Assembly: GCF_036321535.1 (NCBI RefSeq)
Contig: NC_087465.1
Location: forward strand, 8,742,001-8,806,000
DNA: 64,000 nucleotides
Direction of reading: 5' to 3'
Source of the DNA: Camelus dromedarius
Lineage: Eukaryota
A model generated the notes under the pieces. It saw only the letters and a program-made list of their open reading frames with translations. It was not told the DNA's origin and did not search any database. Positions 50,291-63,544 of the stretch are shown here, one piece after another. The position numbers and the translations under genes are program-made. The first letter of the stretch is position 1. Every line of letters begins with the position of its first letter.

Positions 50291-51830
50291 ACACCCTATC
50301 TCCTTATCTCTCTTGTCAGTTACAGTTGCTTCCAAAGGGCATTATTGGCAGGACCATGAGCCTCTGAAAAGAGCCAAAGGGAAAATAGTATCCTCTTTCC
50401 AGGAACTCACCTACCAGAGGTTCCATGTATAGGGAATGGTTCTCGTCTAAGAAAATCTAGCCAAGAACTCAAGTCACTCAAGGAAGCTTGTGGTTTTCTC
50501 ACTTTCATTGAATATGTGCTTATCTTGTTTTTTAAAATATTCTTTTTTTCACTTATCGAATACTTAAATAGTATACCACATGCCTTTGTCCATCCTGGGT
50601 CCCTTCCTCTGATGTCTGTGTGCCTCCGTCATCTACCTGATGTCACCTCATGCAGCAAGTCTCCCTGATTTCCCCAAAACCAGCTGTCTTCTGACCTCCC
50701 AGGGTACTTCCCCGTACCTCTCATGTGGCCTGCCAGTTCCTATGGTGTATCATCTTTATGTATATCCCAACTTCTGAGAAAGAGAGGGAGGAGAGGAAAC
50801 TGGGAGGGGAAGAAAGTTACTGAGACTTGATGGCCTGGAAAACAGCCAGTCAAAGCCCTGATGCTGACCAGTATCTCCTAGGTAGTAGCCAATATAATAT
50901 GAGCAGGACGGGGAACACAGCGGACATTTAAGATGTTGTCACTGTCTCCAGTAGGCTTCTCGAGAGAGAGGGAAAAATTAGTATTGTAATATTTTTAGAT
51001 GTGATTCATTTAAAAAGTGTAAAAATGCTGAGATAATTGAGCCACCTCTAAAATGGAAAGTCAGTGCACATACCTGACTCATAGAAGGTTTGAAATGGTT
51101 AAATATACATTATGTATATGGTCCAACTTAGTATTTTTAAATTGGATAATATTGACTTTAAAGCATTTTCCTCCTAGTTTTCAAAATAGTCAATGCTGAA
51201 ATAGCATCCTTCAAATGTGTCCCCTGACTGTCATAACAAGCTTGTCCTAGATACAAGAAAACTAATTGCAGAGTCTGCTTTTCTCCCTTTTCTATAAATG
51301 CATTCTAAGCAAAGGGTTATGATCTTAATTAAATAAATATTAATATATTCCTTGAAAAAATTGTTTTTCATAAGATTTTTATTCTCTTTGCACTACCTCT
51401 ACAGTAGCCAGAGTAAGAAAAAATTCAATAGCGTCCAAAATATGAATTTGCAATGACTCGAAAGAAGTCATTACACGCCAGCATGTTGAAGGAATATATT
51501 CTACCCAAGAACTTGACTGAGTCTTCTCGTGAAAAAGGTATGCACTTCAGTGGTAAACTGATCTTTTGACCTGCTAAATTACAGTCATTTCTTTTCTAAA
51601 TCCTGAGATTAACCAACCTTTAAGAAAAGTGCAAAAGATTAATTAGAATCACAGAACCAACCCCATTATAATTTTGAGCCGCTAGGAAGCATACTTGGGG
51701 TTCTAAATCTGAATATTCTGTCACTAGATTTGCTTGTCACTGTAGAGGTTAAATTACATAAAAGAAATCACTTTACGATCTCTTTTCTAAGATCCTCACC
51801 ATATTTTGACAACTAGTGGAAATTATATAA

Positions 51831-52085
51831 GGCAGTCTATGGCCAGCAGTTAAAAGCACGGATTCTGGAGTCACATCGACATGAGTTCAAACCCTAGCCT
51901 TCCTGCTCACTGGTTGTGTGACCTTGAGAGAGTTAATCTTTCCAAGGCTCAGTTTCTTACCTATAAAATAGATGTAATAATTTAACTATATTATAATAAT
52001 GTTGTAAAGATTAAGTGAAGACACGTAGACTACTTAATACAGTGGCTGGCACATAGTAAGTTGTTAGTAAGTGGTGGCTATTTTT
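51831..52085 (+). mobile_element. MIR, near full length
   Basis: gttaaaagcacggattctggagtca...gagttcaaaccctagc...tgtgtgaccttgagagagtt...ctcagtttcttacctataaaat...gctggcacatagtaag. Confidence 0.9.
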
Positions 52086-52419
52086 ATATTATCATTATTT
52101 CTTATAGTATATACAATATACTTTATACCACTCTTTGTTATGCCCAGTGTCATCCACTGTCCATGATCTAGGCTATCTTTCTTTATCCACCTCTTCCCCA
52201 ACCCATCTCCTCCCAACTTTGTGAAATACTCAAGCCAACAAAAGATCCATGTGGATGAAGGCCAGGTGAGGTTACTGTAGTGATGACTGAAAGCGAAGAG
52301 TAGATCAAAAGATGACCTGGGTGGAGTCCCGCGGGAAAGTAAAAATATGCATTATGTCATATGCACAAAACTGGAGTACTATACACATGCCCTCAAAAGG
52401 CTTCTGAGAAATTTAAACT

Positions 52420-52760
52420 TAGAGAATTAAGTCATCCGATAAACATGTGTTAAGAGCTTACTGTGTGAATAAGGTGCCCTCATGGAGCATGTATTCCAGC
52501 TGGAGACACAAACTGTAAACAACGAATTATTTCCTAACAATTGTAATTAAATATTATGCAGAAGAAGAAAGGCGTGCAAAAAAAGAGCACTAAAGGAGAA
52601 AATGACCTTTCAAATCTCAAACCATGAAGGTCGGAGAAGGCTTCTGTGAGGAAGTGGTACTTAGGAAGTCAGTAACTCGGGTAGAGGGAAAGAGTTTCGG
52701 CAGGGTAAACAGCATTTATCCAGTACGTGAAGCTAGGAAGGGGGTGATGCATTTGAAAAT
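52420..52760 (-). mobile_element. L2 fragment
   Basis: gtgccctcatggagcatgtattccagctggagacac...ggagaaggcttctgtgaggaagtgg. Confidence 0.6.
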
Positions 52761-53034
52761 TGAAAGAAAGCCTGTCCAGAGCAAAAGGAGGCACACTTAC
52801 TTGCCGTTAGAAAAGATTCAGGCTCCCCATCTCAGAATTCCTCTCCTTTAAGACAACACACCACCTGAGCAGGTGTTAGATGGCCCTCTTCAAGTGCCCC
52901 TGGGGGAACTGGGGCTTGGAATGTGGAGAGAGAGAGAGAGAGAAATTAAGAGGAAGTTTAACAAAACATTGTAATTAAAAGCCAGCCTGCATGGTTCACA
53001 ATTCCAGCTTTGCCACTTATTAAAGATGTGCCAT

Positions 53035-54090
53035 TTTCTTTCGGAGAACAGAATAAAAGAAAAACACTTCCCAACTTATTTTATGGGAACAGAGTAAGCT
53101 TGACACAAAACTTGACAAGGACATTGTAAGAAAGAAAAATTATAGATCAATATCTCTCATGAATGTAGATGAAAAAATCCTGATGAAAATACTAGTAAAT
53201 GGAATCCAGATATGTAAAACAAGATAATTCATAAAGATCAAGTTGGATGTAATCTGGGAATACAAAGTTGGCTTAACATTTTTTTAAACCAATCATAATT
53301 CAACATGCTAACAAAATAAAGGGAAGGAATCATATAATCATTCAAATAGATGCAGAAAGAACATTGATAAAATGCAATTTCTATTCATGTTAAAAGCTAT
53401 AGCAAACTAGGAACAGAACTTGAGAACTTCCTTGAGACGACACAGGATACCTTAAAAAATCTATAACAAAAAATTACAATTAATGCTGAAATGTTGAAAG
53501 GTTTTCCTCTGAGACTGGAAATGAAACAAAGATGTCTGTTTTCACCATTAATCAAGATCATGGTGGAGATTCTAACCAGTGCAATAAAGGCAAGAAAAAA
53601 TAATTCAAAGATACAAGATTTAGACAGGAAGATGCAAATGGTATGAGCTGTATGTAAGAATTGCAAAACAAGCCATGATGAACTACCACTACCAACTGTA
53701 ATAATTTCTCAGAGATTCTTTTGCTATCTCCTGTTGCTGGACATAGTCAATGTAAGAAATAAGTTTTATTTCCACACAGAAGAAACAGGTGATTAGAAAA
53801 TGAAATAAAAGATATATAATATCATCAAAAAATCAACATCGCAGAGAAAATCTAAGTAATCATATTTAATAAAAGTACACAGAAGACTTTAAAGCACCAT
53901 TGGGAAAAACTGAAGATCTAAATATGTGGAATGATACACCGAGCTCATGCTGTGAAAGACTCAATAATGTAAAGAAGTCAAGTCACCCAAATTGATTTAT
54001 AGATTTTAATTTAATTGAAATTCTAATTAAAAACCCAATTATGTTTTTGATGAAAATTGACAAGCTTATTCTAGAATTGAAATGAAAGGA
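53035..54090 (+). mobile_element. Degenerate L1 ORF2 (RT region) fragment
   Basis: acacttcccaacttattttatg...attatagatcaatatctctcatgaatgtagatg...aatagatgcagaaagaacattgataaaat...gaaagactcaataatgtaaag...ttgacaagcttattcta. Many stops. Confidence 0.92.
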
Positions 54091-54680
54091 TTTCTTCTAC
54101 AAATATGGAGTAAATGTATTTTTTCCTATTTCTTCAGTTAAGAACTAAAAACCTTGGACATCTTATATAAAACAAACATAAGAAGACTCTGAAAGGAGAG
54201 CTCAGGACTTAAGTTAACAGCATAACAGTAAGTTCCCTGGGTTTTCTTTTGCCTCATATATGTGCAAAACTGAGTACTAGAGAAATCAGCAACTCAGAAA
54301 AGGCAATGGATACAGACAAAAAAGCTCCAACTAAAGACCTTTTCTGGCCTAAGGACAAGGAAAGGCCCAGCCAAGCAAGACAGAAAATTATTATAGAATA
54401 ACTGTTCTACTACAGCCAAACATCAGATATAAAAACTGTAGCCCCATTTCTCCTTCTACCAGCAAAGGCCAGGTGGAGCGCCTGGACTTCCCCCATTGCC
54501 AGGCTGCCACAAGATGCCCCAGCATCCTTCTGAGGTGGTGCCAAAAAAAGTCAGTTGGGAAACTGGAACTTTTATTCCTGCTGGTCCCTCTCCAACAGTG
54601 GGGACCGCACAGGAAGCCTGGATGTTCATCCCCACCTAGCAGTAACAGGTGAGCCACGCTCACATCCCCCACCCCAGGAA
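54091..54680 (+). mobile_element. L1M2-L1M4-type 5' UTR fragment
   Basis: aaaaccttggacatcttatataaaacaaacataagaagactctgaaagg...gagttccctgggttttctttt...cagcaactcagaaa...gcctggacttccccc. Confidence 0.6.
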
Positions 54681-54757
54681 AACACAGCAGCCCTACATAT
54701 GCACACGTCAAACCACACAGCTACCAAGCGCATTAAGCAAACTGATGTAACTGGAAG

Positions 54758-55417
54758 TGTGAGAGCAGGCAGATAGCGAGGTATGAGCAGAGAAAGGGGG
54801 ACACAGACCAAATGGCAGGAATTGGGCAGAAAGGAGGGGCACAGGCCAAATGCAGGAAACCACACATCATGTAAGCAGCAGGGATCCTTGGGCAGAGAAA
54901 GAAAAGCAGGAACCTTGGGGCTGATAAGGGATCATGCCTTTTGGGATGACAAGTGGCCTGGAGAAGAACAAAGAAAGGTGAGAAAAGGCAGGAATTTCTA
55001 GTGTCCGAATGTAACCTTTTGCTCATTATGCCCTCATTTCAATAAAATTAGCCTTGCAGATTAGAAGTCCCCATCATGCACGAATGCATGACATTTCTGA
55101 TCCAGACTAAATAAGGACAAAAATCCCTCCTCCCTTTGGGAAGGTGGAGTCGGGAAAATAATCAGGGAATACGACCCCAAACCCTTCCCTCCCCAATGAA
55201 TATTCCGCCCATTCATTTTAACACCCTATGTAGCTAACTTGCCAAAGAAACTCGGGGCAGCCGCTCACCTGAGCCTGCCCGTTCTCCCCTGAGAGTGTAC
55301 TATCCATTCGTAAATAAATTCTCACTTTACCTTTTTTTTAACCTCTAAGTCTTGTCTCTGAATTTTTTCTGGGATGGCACAAGAACCTGGAACAGTTGGT
55401 TGCATCTATCGGCAACA
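54758..55417 (+). mobile_element. ERV1-class solo LTR (660 bp), family not identified
   Basis: TG...CA ends (tgtgagagcagg ... ctatcggcaaca), AATAAA near 55313, and candidate 4-bp TSD gaag/aaag. It splits the L1 motif ...ctgatgtaactggaag / aaaggagaaatagac. Confidence 0.85.
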
Positions 55418-56498
55418 AAAGGAGAAATAGACAACCCCACAATTATAGTTGGAGGCCATAATTCAACACCTCTCTCTCAGCAATTGATACAATTGAAGAA
55501 GATAGAAAATCAGCAAGGATCTAGAAGAATGCAACACCACCATCAGCAACAGAGTCGAATTGGTATTTATAGAATGCTCAGATCAACAACAATAGAATAT
55601 GTATTCATTTCAAGTTCCCACAGAGCATATAACAAGATAAACCATATCCTGAACCATAAAACAAAACTCCCTAAAAAAAATTTAAATCATTATCTCACCA
55701 TAATGGAATCAAACTAGAAATCAATAATAGAAAGAATAGAAAGAATAGAAAGAAAATCTTCAAATGCTTGGAAATTAAACAACACACTTATATATAATCC
55801 ATGGGTCCAAAATAAAAATCTCCAGGGAAATTTTTTAAAATGCATTACACTGAATGAAAATGAAAATATAGATATCAAAGTTTGCTAAATTTTGATGGCA
55901 TGTAACTAAAACAGTGCTGAGAGGTAAATTTATAACACTAAGTGCATACGCTAAAAAATAGAGTGCCTCAAATCAATACTCTATACCCCCAACTCATTAA
56001 GTTAGAAAAAGTAGGTAAAAGTAAACCCAAAGTAAGCAGAGTAGAGAAATAAAGATAAGAGCAAGTATCAATGAAATTGAAAATAGAAAAGCAACAGAGA
56101 AAATGGATGAAACAAAAAGCTGGGCCTTTGCAAAAATCAGCAAAACGACAAATCTTTAGCAAGAATGACAAAAAAAAGAAATAAAAATACTAACATCAGG
56201 AATAAAACAGAGTATATCATACAGACCCTACACACAACACATATAAATTTGATAGCTTAGATGAAATGGACCAATTCCCTGAAATGCAAAAACTACCACA
56301 ACTCACCCAATATGAAGCTGATTATTTGAACAGCCTTATAACTGTTAAGGAAATTGACTTTATAATTTTAAAACTCCCCCCAAAAACAAATCTCTAGATC
56401 CACACGGTTTCACTAGAGAATTCCACAAAACATTTAAAGAATTACAACCAATTCTACAAAATCTCTTCCCCCCAAAATGGAAAAAGTGTAAATACTTC

Positions 56499-56901
56499 TG
56501 TATTGGCATTCTCAACAAAAACAGAACCAATAGGAAATACACAGAGAGATACTTTAAGGAACTGGTCCCTGCAGTTGTAGGGCTGGCAAGTTAAAATCTG
56601 CAGGGCAGGCAAACAGGCTGGAGACCCAAGGAAGAGCTGACTTGCAGTTTTGAGTCCTAAGGCAGTTTTGAAGTGGGAATTCTCTCTTCCTCCAAGAACT
56701 TCAGTCTTTCTTTTTAAGACCTTTAACTGATTAGATAAAACCCACCCACATTATGGAGATTAAACTACTCAAAGTCTAATGATTTAAATGTTAATCACAT
56801 CTTTAAAAATACCTCCATAGTAATATCTAGACTGATGTTTGACCAAACAATTGGGTACCACATCCTAGCCAAGTTGACCCTTTAAAAAGTTAACCATCAC
56901 A
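56499..56901 (-). mobile_element. MLT2 (MLT2D-like) ERVL solo LTR
   Basis: cagaaccaatagga...aaggaactgg...aaatctgcagggcaggc...ggctggagacccaaggaagagctga...cctttaactgatt...gccaagttgacc...ttaaccatcaca. 5-bp TSD acttc/acttt. Confidence 0.92.
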
Positions 56902-57589
56902 ACTTTATTTTATGAAGCAAGCATAACTCTGATATCCAAACCAAATGAAAATAGTACAAAAATGTAAATTTACAAATATCCTTCACACAGATGTGAAAAC
57001 CCTTTTTAAAAATACCAACAAGGAGAATTCAGCACTATATAAAAATATTATGCACTGTGACCAAATGCTGTTTATTCCAAGGACACAAAACTGATTCACT
57101 ATTTGAAAAGTAATCATTGAAATTCATCGTATAATAGGCTAAAGAAGAAAATCCTCATGATTATACCAATTAATGAAGTAAAAGCATTTGACAATATTAA
57201 ACTCTCATTTATGATTAAAAACTCACAGAAAAACATAGACACAGAAAATGTCCTCACATTGAAAAAGAACATCTACAAAACACCTACAGTCAACAATATC
57301 CATGGTGATGAATGATACATTTCTCCTAAGACTGGGAATAAGGCAAGTGTGTCTGCTTTCTAGCCTCTTAGGCAACACTGTCCTAGAATGCTAGCCAGTG
57401 CAATGAAGCAAGAAAAGACCTACAGAGTGAAAAGGAGGAAATAAAGCTGCCCCTAATTGCACATGAGGTGATTGTCTAGGTAGAAAGTCATAAGAATTCT
57501 ACAAAAAACTCCTAAAACTAGTAAGTAAATTCAGCCAAGTCCAGAGGATACAAGAGCAACATCAAAAAAATTAAAAAATTTAAAAAAGA

Positions 57590-59040
57590 TTATTTCAGCA
57601 TATTAACTTCAACAGCAGACCTGCACTACAGGAAACTCTGAAAAAGCAAGCCAGCAAACAAATACATAAATAAATAAATCTCCAAGTTCAAGGGAATGAT
57701 ACCAGATGGAAACTTGGATCTATATGAAGGCATAAAATGTACTACATATGGTAAATATACGGGTAAATATAAAGATCTACATTTAAAAAAAAATTTTTAA
57801 AGGACAACATACTGTTTAAAACAAAATAATAACATAATAACATGGGGGCTTACAACATATGTAAAGCAAAACATACAGCAACAACAGCACAAAAAATGAA
57901 AGGCACAAATGGATTTCTGTAACATTGAAGGTTCTCACGTTTTATGTGAGGAGATTCACTCTTAATTCTAAGTAGACCATAGTAAGTTAAGAATACAGAT
58001 TTTAATTGCTAGAGCCCATCACCAATAAATAAATAAACTAAAAAGGCAATAGAAAATATAAAAATAAAATTGAATACAAAAAAAATTGATTAAACAAAAG
58101 CAAAGGAGGAAAAGAGGAACTAAAACTAGATGGGACAAATAGAAAACAAATAGCAAGGTTTAGTTTATATTAAATCATAGCATTAAGTACATTCAATGTA
58201 AATGGATTAAATTCTCCAATTAAGAGGAAAAGACTCAGAATGATTGGAAAACAAGACCTAACTGTGTGCTGTATGCAGCCCATACATTTTAAATATAAAG
58301 ATACAAATCGGTTGAGAGGTTTAAAAAAAAACAAAAAGTAACATGCAGACAATAAGCTGATATGTCTAGACTAATAACAAAGTGAACTTCAAGACAATAA
58401 GTATTTTCAGGGACAAAGTAGAGACATTTAATAAAAGAAAAAGGATCAGTTCATCAGAAAAATTTTACAATCTTAAGTGTACATGCACCTAAAAATATAT
58501 AGAGCAAATATTTATAAAACTAAAAGGAGAAAGAGACAAATCCACAATCATGATTAAATATTTAACCATTCCTCTCTTGGTAACTGATAGACCAAAGGGA
58601 TAAAAAAATTAGTAAGAATACAGAAGATCTAAACAATATTATCAGCAACTTGTCCTAAAACCTAGCAATATCCAAGAAGTTTAGAACTTACATTCTTCTT
58701 AAATGCACATAGAATTTTATTCATCAAATAGACTATCCACTGAGTGGTAAAATAAGTCTCAATAAATTTCAAAAGGCTGAATATTAAAGTATGCTCTCAG
58801 AATAAGAAAAATTAAATTAAAAATAATAACAATAAGGCATCTTTTAAAAGATTCCCAAACATTGGAAATCAAATAATAATAGTTCTAAATAACCCATGAT
58901 CCAAAGAAAAATGCTAAGGAAAATTACAAAATATTTCTAATTGAAAGATAATGAAAACGTAACACATCAAAAGTTGCAGGATACAACAAAAGCAGCGCTT
59001 AAAGGGAAATTTATCATTTTAAATGCCTTTATTAGGGAAA
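57590..59040 (+). mobile_element. Old L1M fragment: ORF1 end, long inter-ORF linker, ORF2 endonuclease
   Basis: cagcagacctgcactacaggaa...gataccagatggaaacttggatct...aatgtaaatggattaaattctccaattaagagg...caagacctaactgtgtgctgt...aaaggagaaagagacaaatccacaatc. Confidence 0.88.
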
Positions 59041-59079
59041 ACTGTCACTGAGAAAAAATTATAATAAAAGCTAATTAAA

Positions 59080-59760
59080 TTGAAAGATATACTAGCTCAT
59101 GATTTGGAAGAGTTAATATATTAAAATATCTTTCTTCCCCTATTTGATCTAAAGATTCAATGCAATCTAAATAAAATCTGAGCCTTTTTTTAAAATTGGC
59201 AAGCTGACTTCAAAATTTATATGGAAATGCAAATTACAAAGAGTCGTCAAAACAACTTGGAAAAATAAGAACATTGTTGAATAACTTAAACTACCTGATT
59301 TCAATACTTACTATAAAACTATTGAATCTAGACAACGTGGTATTGGTGTAAACAGAAAAAAATTTAACAGAACAGGATAAAGTCCCCCAATAGACCCCAC
59401 ACATACACAGTAAATTGATTTTGACAAAGACACCACGACATGATTAGAGTTTTTTGGGGTTTTTTTTTTCCAACAAATGATGTTGGAACTGTATATCTAG
59501 GTGAGAAAAAAATTCATCTTAATTCCTATGTCACACCAACACACAAACTGATTCAAAATGAATGACAGACCTACACATAAAAAATTAAAACACTAACACG
59601 TACAGAAGAAAACAAAAGAATATCTTTTTGACCTGGAGGTAAGGAGAGATTTCTTAGGACACAAAAAACATTAACCATAGAAGAAAAAAAAATGGTTAAT
59701 TGGACTTCATCAAAATTAAAACTTCTACTCATCAAAAAACATGATAAAGAAGAGAAAAAG
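59080..59760 (+). mobile_element. L1 ORF2 C-terminal fragment
   Basis: aagattcaatgcaatc...aaaatttatatggaaatgc...tacctgatttcaatacttactataaa...ttgattttgacaaag...ggacttcatcaaaattaaaacttct. Confidence 0.9.
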
Positions 59761-60269
59761 GTTCCAAAGGCTGTTAGAAGCTCCCAGAGAATCGCCCACC
59801 ATCGTCTGAGCAGTGGCTACTCACAGCATCTTCCTGTATTGGCTTTCGCTTCCCCCCACCCCACCCCACCCACCCCCGTTCCTCACTCCTGCTCCCTGGG
59901 GTCGAATCCCAAAAGACCCACACACAGCCTTCCAACTCAGGCTCTGCTTCCCATGGATCCCAAGCTAAGACAAGGTTCTAGTTCAGAAATTACAGGTAAA
60001 GTCTCCTTGGCGAGGAAGAAAAGGAAACTAACCCTTCTTGAGCACTCAGTATAGCCAGGAGCCCCACACTGGCTATTGCATTTGAGACTCACCAGAACTA
60101 TGAACGGGGAAACTGGGCTCCAAGTTATTCAAAGTGACGCAACTTTGCCAGGGCTACAAAATACAAGTTTCTCTAGCTTCAGTTTCTGTTCTTTCTTTTT
60201 CTCCAGGCTGCTTCCAGTGATCCCTACCTCTGACTGTGGTCTTAGGTGTATTTTTGGAAGTGAATTGTC

Positions 60270-60560
60270 ATGATAAATAATAATAGTAGCTCTCATGCAT
60301 TGAGTGCCTATCTGTGCCAGACAATTGGCTGAGCATTTACAATTAATCCTCACTGTAACTCTATAAGCCATTACTCTCTCCATTTTATTCAACCAAAAAT
60401 GAAGGCTTGCTGGGGTTAACTTTCCCAAGGTCCCCTGCTCACAAAATAATAATGGCCAATATTTGTGTTTACTACATGCCTCTAACATCTATAATTTCAT
60501 TTAATCCTCCCATCCACTCATGAAATAGGTTCTTCATGGTCATCACGTTACAGAGTCAGC
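60270..60560 (-). mobile_element. Two adjacent MIR fragments
   Basis: cattgagtgcctatctgtgccag...aatcctcactgtaactctat...ttaactttcccaaggtc, followed by a second catttaatcctccc segment. Confidence 0.7.
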
Positions 60561-60782
60561 CACTCCAAAGCCCATTGGTACCCTTTCCTCTCCCATGTTG
60601 CCTCCTGCAACAGGGCAGGGGGGAGGAGGAGCAATGCATAACCAAAAAAAAAAAAAAGTAGTCGACCACGATCACCTTCTGTATCAGCTGTGTTGACAAA
60701 AGACTTGGACAAAGTGTTGTGAACAGAACAATAGTCTTACCAATCAGTGCCTGCTAAAAATATCTCTGAGCTGTTTCAAGAA

Positions 60783-60965
60783 AGAGGTTCTTAACTTCAG
60801 CACCACTGATGTTTTGAGCTGTGGTGGGAGACCATCCTGTGTACCATTGGATGTCCAGCTGCATCCCTGGCCTGTGACCACCAGACGCCAACAGCACTTG
60901 CCTCTCAACACAACCAAAACTGTCTTCATATTTTGCCAAAATCGCGCCTAGTTTAGAACCATTGG
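60783..60965 (-). mobile_element. MER20 hAT-Charlie element
   Basis: ggttcttaacttcagcaccactgatgtttt...gcatccctggcctgtgaccaccagacgcc...caaccaaaactgtct...aaaatcgcgcctagtttagaaccattg. Confidence 0.88.
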
Positions 60966-63544
60966 TTTATGATATTTTCACCAAATCCTTTTAATTCTGA
61001 AGCTGAACAAAGCATATCAGGACAATGGTTCTTAAGAGAATTCCACTTTTGGGGGAATTCACTTGTGGATATATGAGCAGACTCCCATCTTCTCCTCGCC
61101 TCCCCTGCTCCTACTCTCTCCCTTCCACTGTTTTGTCCCCAACTCCCAGGGATGCCATCCACCTAGAACAAGGAAGAGACCTTGTTCCTGGGCTGTGAAG
61201 GTCCTCCTATTTCTCATCGGATATTTATCCTTTGATTCAAGTTTTTGGTCTATCCCTGATTAGCACACTGTCATCACCAGACTAAGAACAAAACCTATGT
61301 CATTGGCTCTGTTCTAAATGACAAGCACACCATGTTAAGAACATTGTTTCTATATTTACAAATCTAAGACATGATTGAAAGCGTCATGCTCTCAGTGTAG
61401 GAACAGTATTCCCATAATCAAACATCCAAAGCAAATTGTATGGTTATTTGTATTATCCAGGATTTCAAGGCTCTGTTTCAGGGCAGAGAAGCTAAGTATA
61501 AATATGCCAACTTTTCCAGTAACCTCCTTTCTCCTTCCTACACAAACAGAACTGTTGTTTACATTATTTTGCTCAAAATTTCGACATGAATTCACCTAAA
61601 TGTTCTAAATTTATGAATTATAAATAAATGTTACTGAGCCATAGCTATCAGTACAAGTTATGACCAGCCTAAAAAAGATCCTAGAAGACTTTTAAATATT
61701 TTCCTAAACTATCAGTTTTTCTGGCAAAAATCATGAAACAGTACAATATCTGTGTGTATGTGTATGTGTTTGTGTATGTGAGATATATAAGGTGGCAAAT
61801 AAAATGAGTGTGTACTCTCTCAATAATTCGGCCAAATAAAATGTCCTTCTACAAAGCTATTCTGTAAATAGCTCCTATAAAGTTCTACGATATTCCTGTC
61901 ATGCCTTTTAAATAAATCTCTACAGGTGTAGTTAAAATGGTACATGTAAAGACAACATCAAAATGAGTCCAATAATGAAATTTATCCACATAAGAAATAT
62001 TTTACATTTATATATAGAGGCATAGTTTTCCATTTCTAGAGCTAATCTTTCTTAAGCCAATCACTCTAAGATATGTATTTGAAGTATTGGGAGCCACAGA
62101 GCAGACATCTGGGCCCTCCGTAATAGAATAGGTTTCATTAGAGTCACAACTCAGTGAAACGAGAGAAAAAAATGTACTTTCAATTTACAAAATCTTTGTA
62201 TATGTATGATTTAGTCTAAGCATTCAAAAAAAGAGATAATTGCATAAGTTAAAGAACTGTGACTTAATAGAAGTTAAAAAGGAATTGGTATTAAAGTTAA
62301 TTAAACTTTGGATCCTCATTCTTTTGTTCCAACCCCACTTTAAAACTTGGTGCTAAAGTAGAAGTAAAAATGCTTTCCATTGGGCAAATAATTACAATGG
62401 GGACTCTATTTATAAATGTAGCAATGTATATAGACCAACATACATCAAATAAATAAATACCTCTACAAATTTTCATTTTAAATGAAATGAAAATTTAAAT
62501 GAAATTTTTCTTTAAATTTAAATTTAAATGGAAATTTGTATCTTACAGAGTTGTGGTGAGAAACAAGATTGTATACGTAAAAGTACTATAAATCTTGATA
62601 CGCTGTATAAAACGTGGCTTTTGTTTAATTTTCACACAAATTCCCCAGGCATCAGCATAGTGAAATATTTCCAATGGTAAATTCCACCTCCCTGCTGACC
62701 TCCTCCTTGCCTTCTCCACTAAAATCTAGGATAAGTACCTTACCATTAAGTTATGTTATACTAAGAAGTTAAAAAACAGAAATTATACCCCTTCAAATCA
62801 GTGAGCAGATAATAAGTAAACACTAATTCCTCAGTTATAAACCTCAATTATAAAATCCTTTTGACTCAACTGCATTGGCATTTTGTTCTATCTCCTGAGT
62901 TAGAAGTTGCAACTTTGGCGTGACCTTGGGCATGCACCCAGCTCTTCAGCCTTCCTTGGATTCCTGTGCAGCTGCTTAGCCTTGAAAGCAGAAGGAGGCC
63001 TCCTCTTCTGGGTCCCCTGGAGCCCATCTCTGCTCTATTCTCTGATTACGTGGTCTACCATCACTAAACTTTCTACTCCCTGGGAAGTGCACACTGGTGA
63101 TGTCAGATGCAGCCTCGCCCACTCTACAGCTGAGGGCATGATTTTAATACACCCAGAAACTCTTCTGATGCTGTCAATGCCAGGGAGAAAGGTTCTGTAA
63201 CTCCTTCTTCTTACTGTTTTCTTCTTTGCCTAAAAGTTTGTTACTCTTCTCTATCGGATCCTCCAAAGGTCACTCTGCCATTGCCCCCACATAACTTTTA
63301 TCCCTTCCTATATTATAACTCGATACAAAATTCCAAAAAGTGTTGTCATTGCTTGACTTTTACTTGTAAGGGTTTGACACACCTCCGAACATGAAGCAAA
63401 TGTTAGTCCTTTGGCTGAGCCTGCTTACTTTCTGCTCAGTGTTGGATTTAAACATTAGAAGCCAGTCTTACCTACAAACAAAAGTGCTCTCACCCTGAAG
63501 AGCACCCAGAGGGCAAGATTAGAACAGTCAGCAGGTAACATGAG

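Larger units (their letters stand above)
54681..57575 (+). mobile_element. Degenerate L1 ORF2 (EN to RT), interrupted by an ERV1 LTR and an MLT2 LTR
   Basis: The supplied ORF 55352..55717 contains KGEIDNPTIIVG...STPLS, matching L1 endonuclease KGEIDxxTIIVGDFNTPLS. Collinear L1 sequence continues to ggatacaagagcaacat. Confidence 0.92.

Noticed and set aside
55352-55717. 121-aa ORF with an endonuclease-like motif
   Set aside because: It is a chance read-through from the LTR end into a decayed L1 ORF2, not a host gene or an intact element.
55726-55752. (AATAGAAAG)x3 tandem repeat
   Set aside because: It is a local slippage duplication inside decayed L1 with no sign of function.
3760-59760. Inferring a host-gene strand from repeat orientation bias
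   Set aside because: L1 fragments are mostly plus while MaLR/ERVL LTRs are mostly minus, so the signals conflict.
1175-62870. About a dozen AP-1 sites (TGA[C/G]TCA)
   Set aside because: Roughly 8 are expected by chance in 64 kb at uniform composition and they are not clustered, so there is no clear enrichment.
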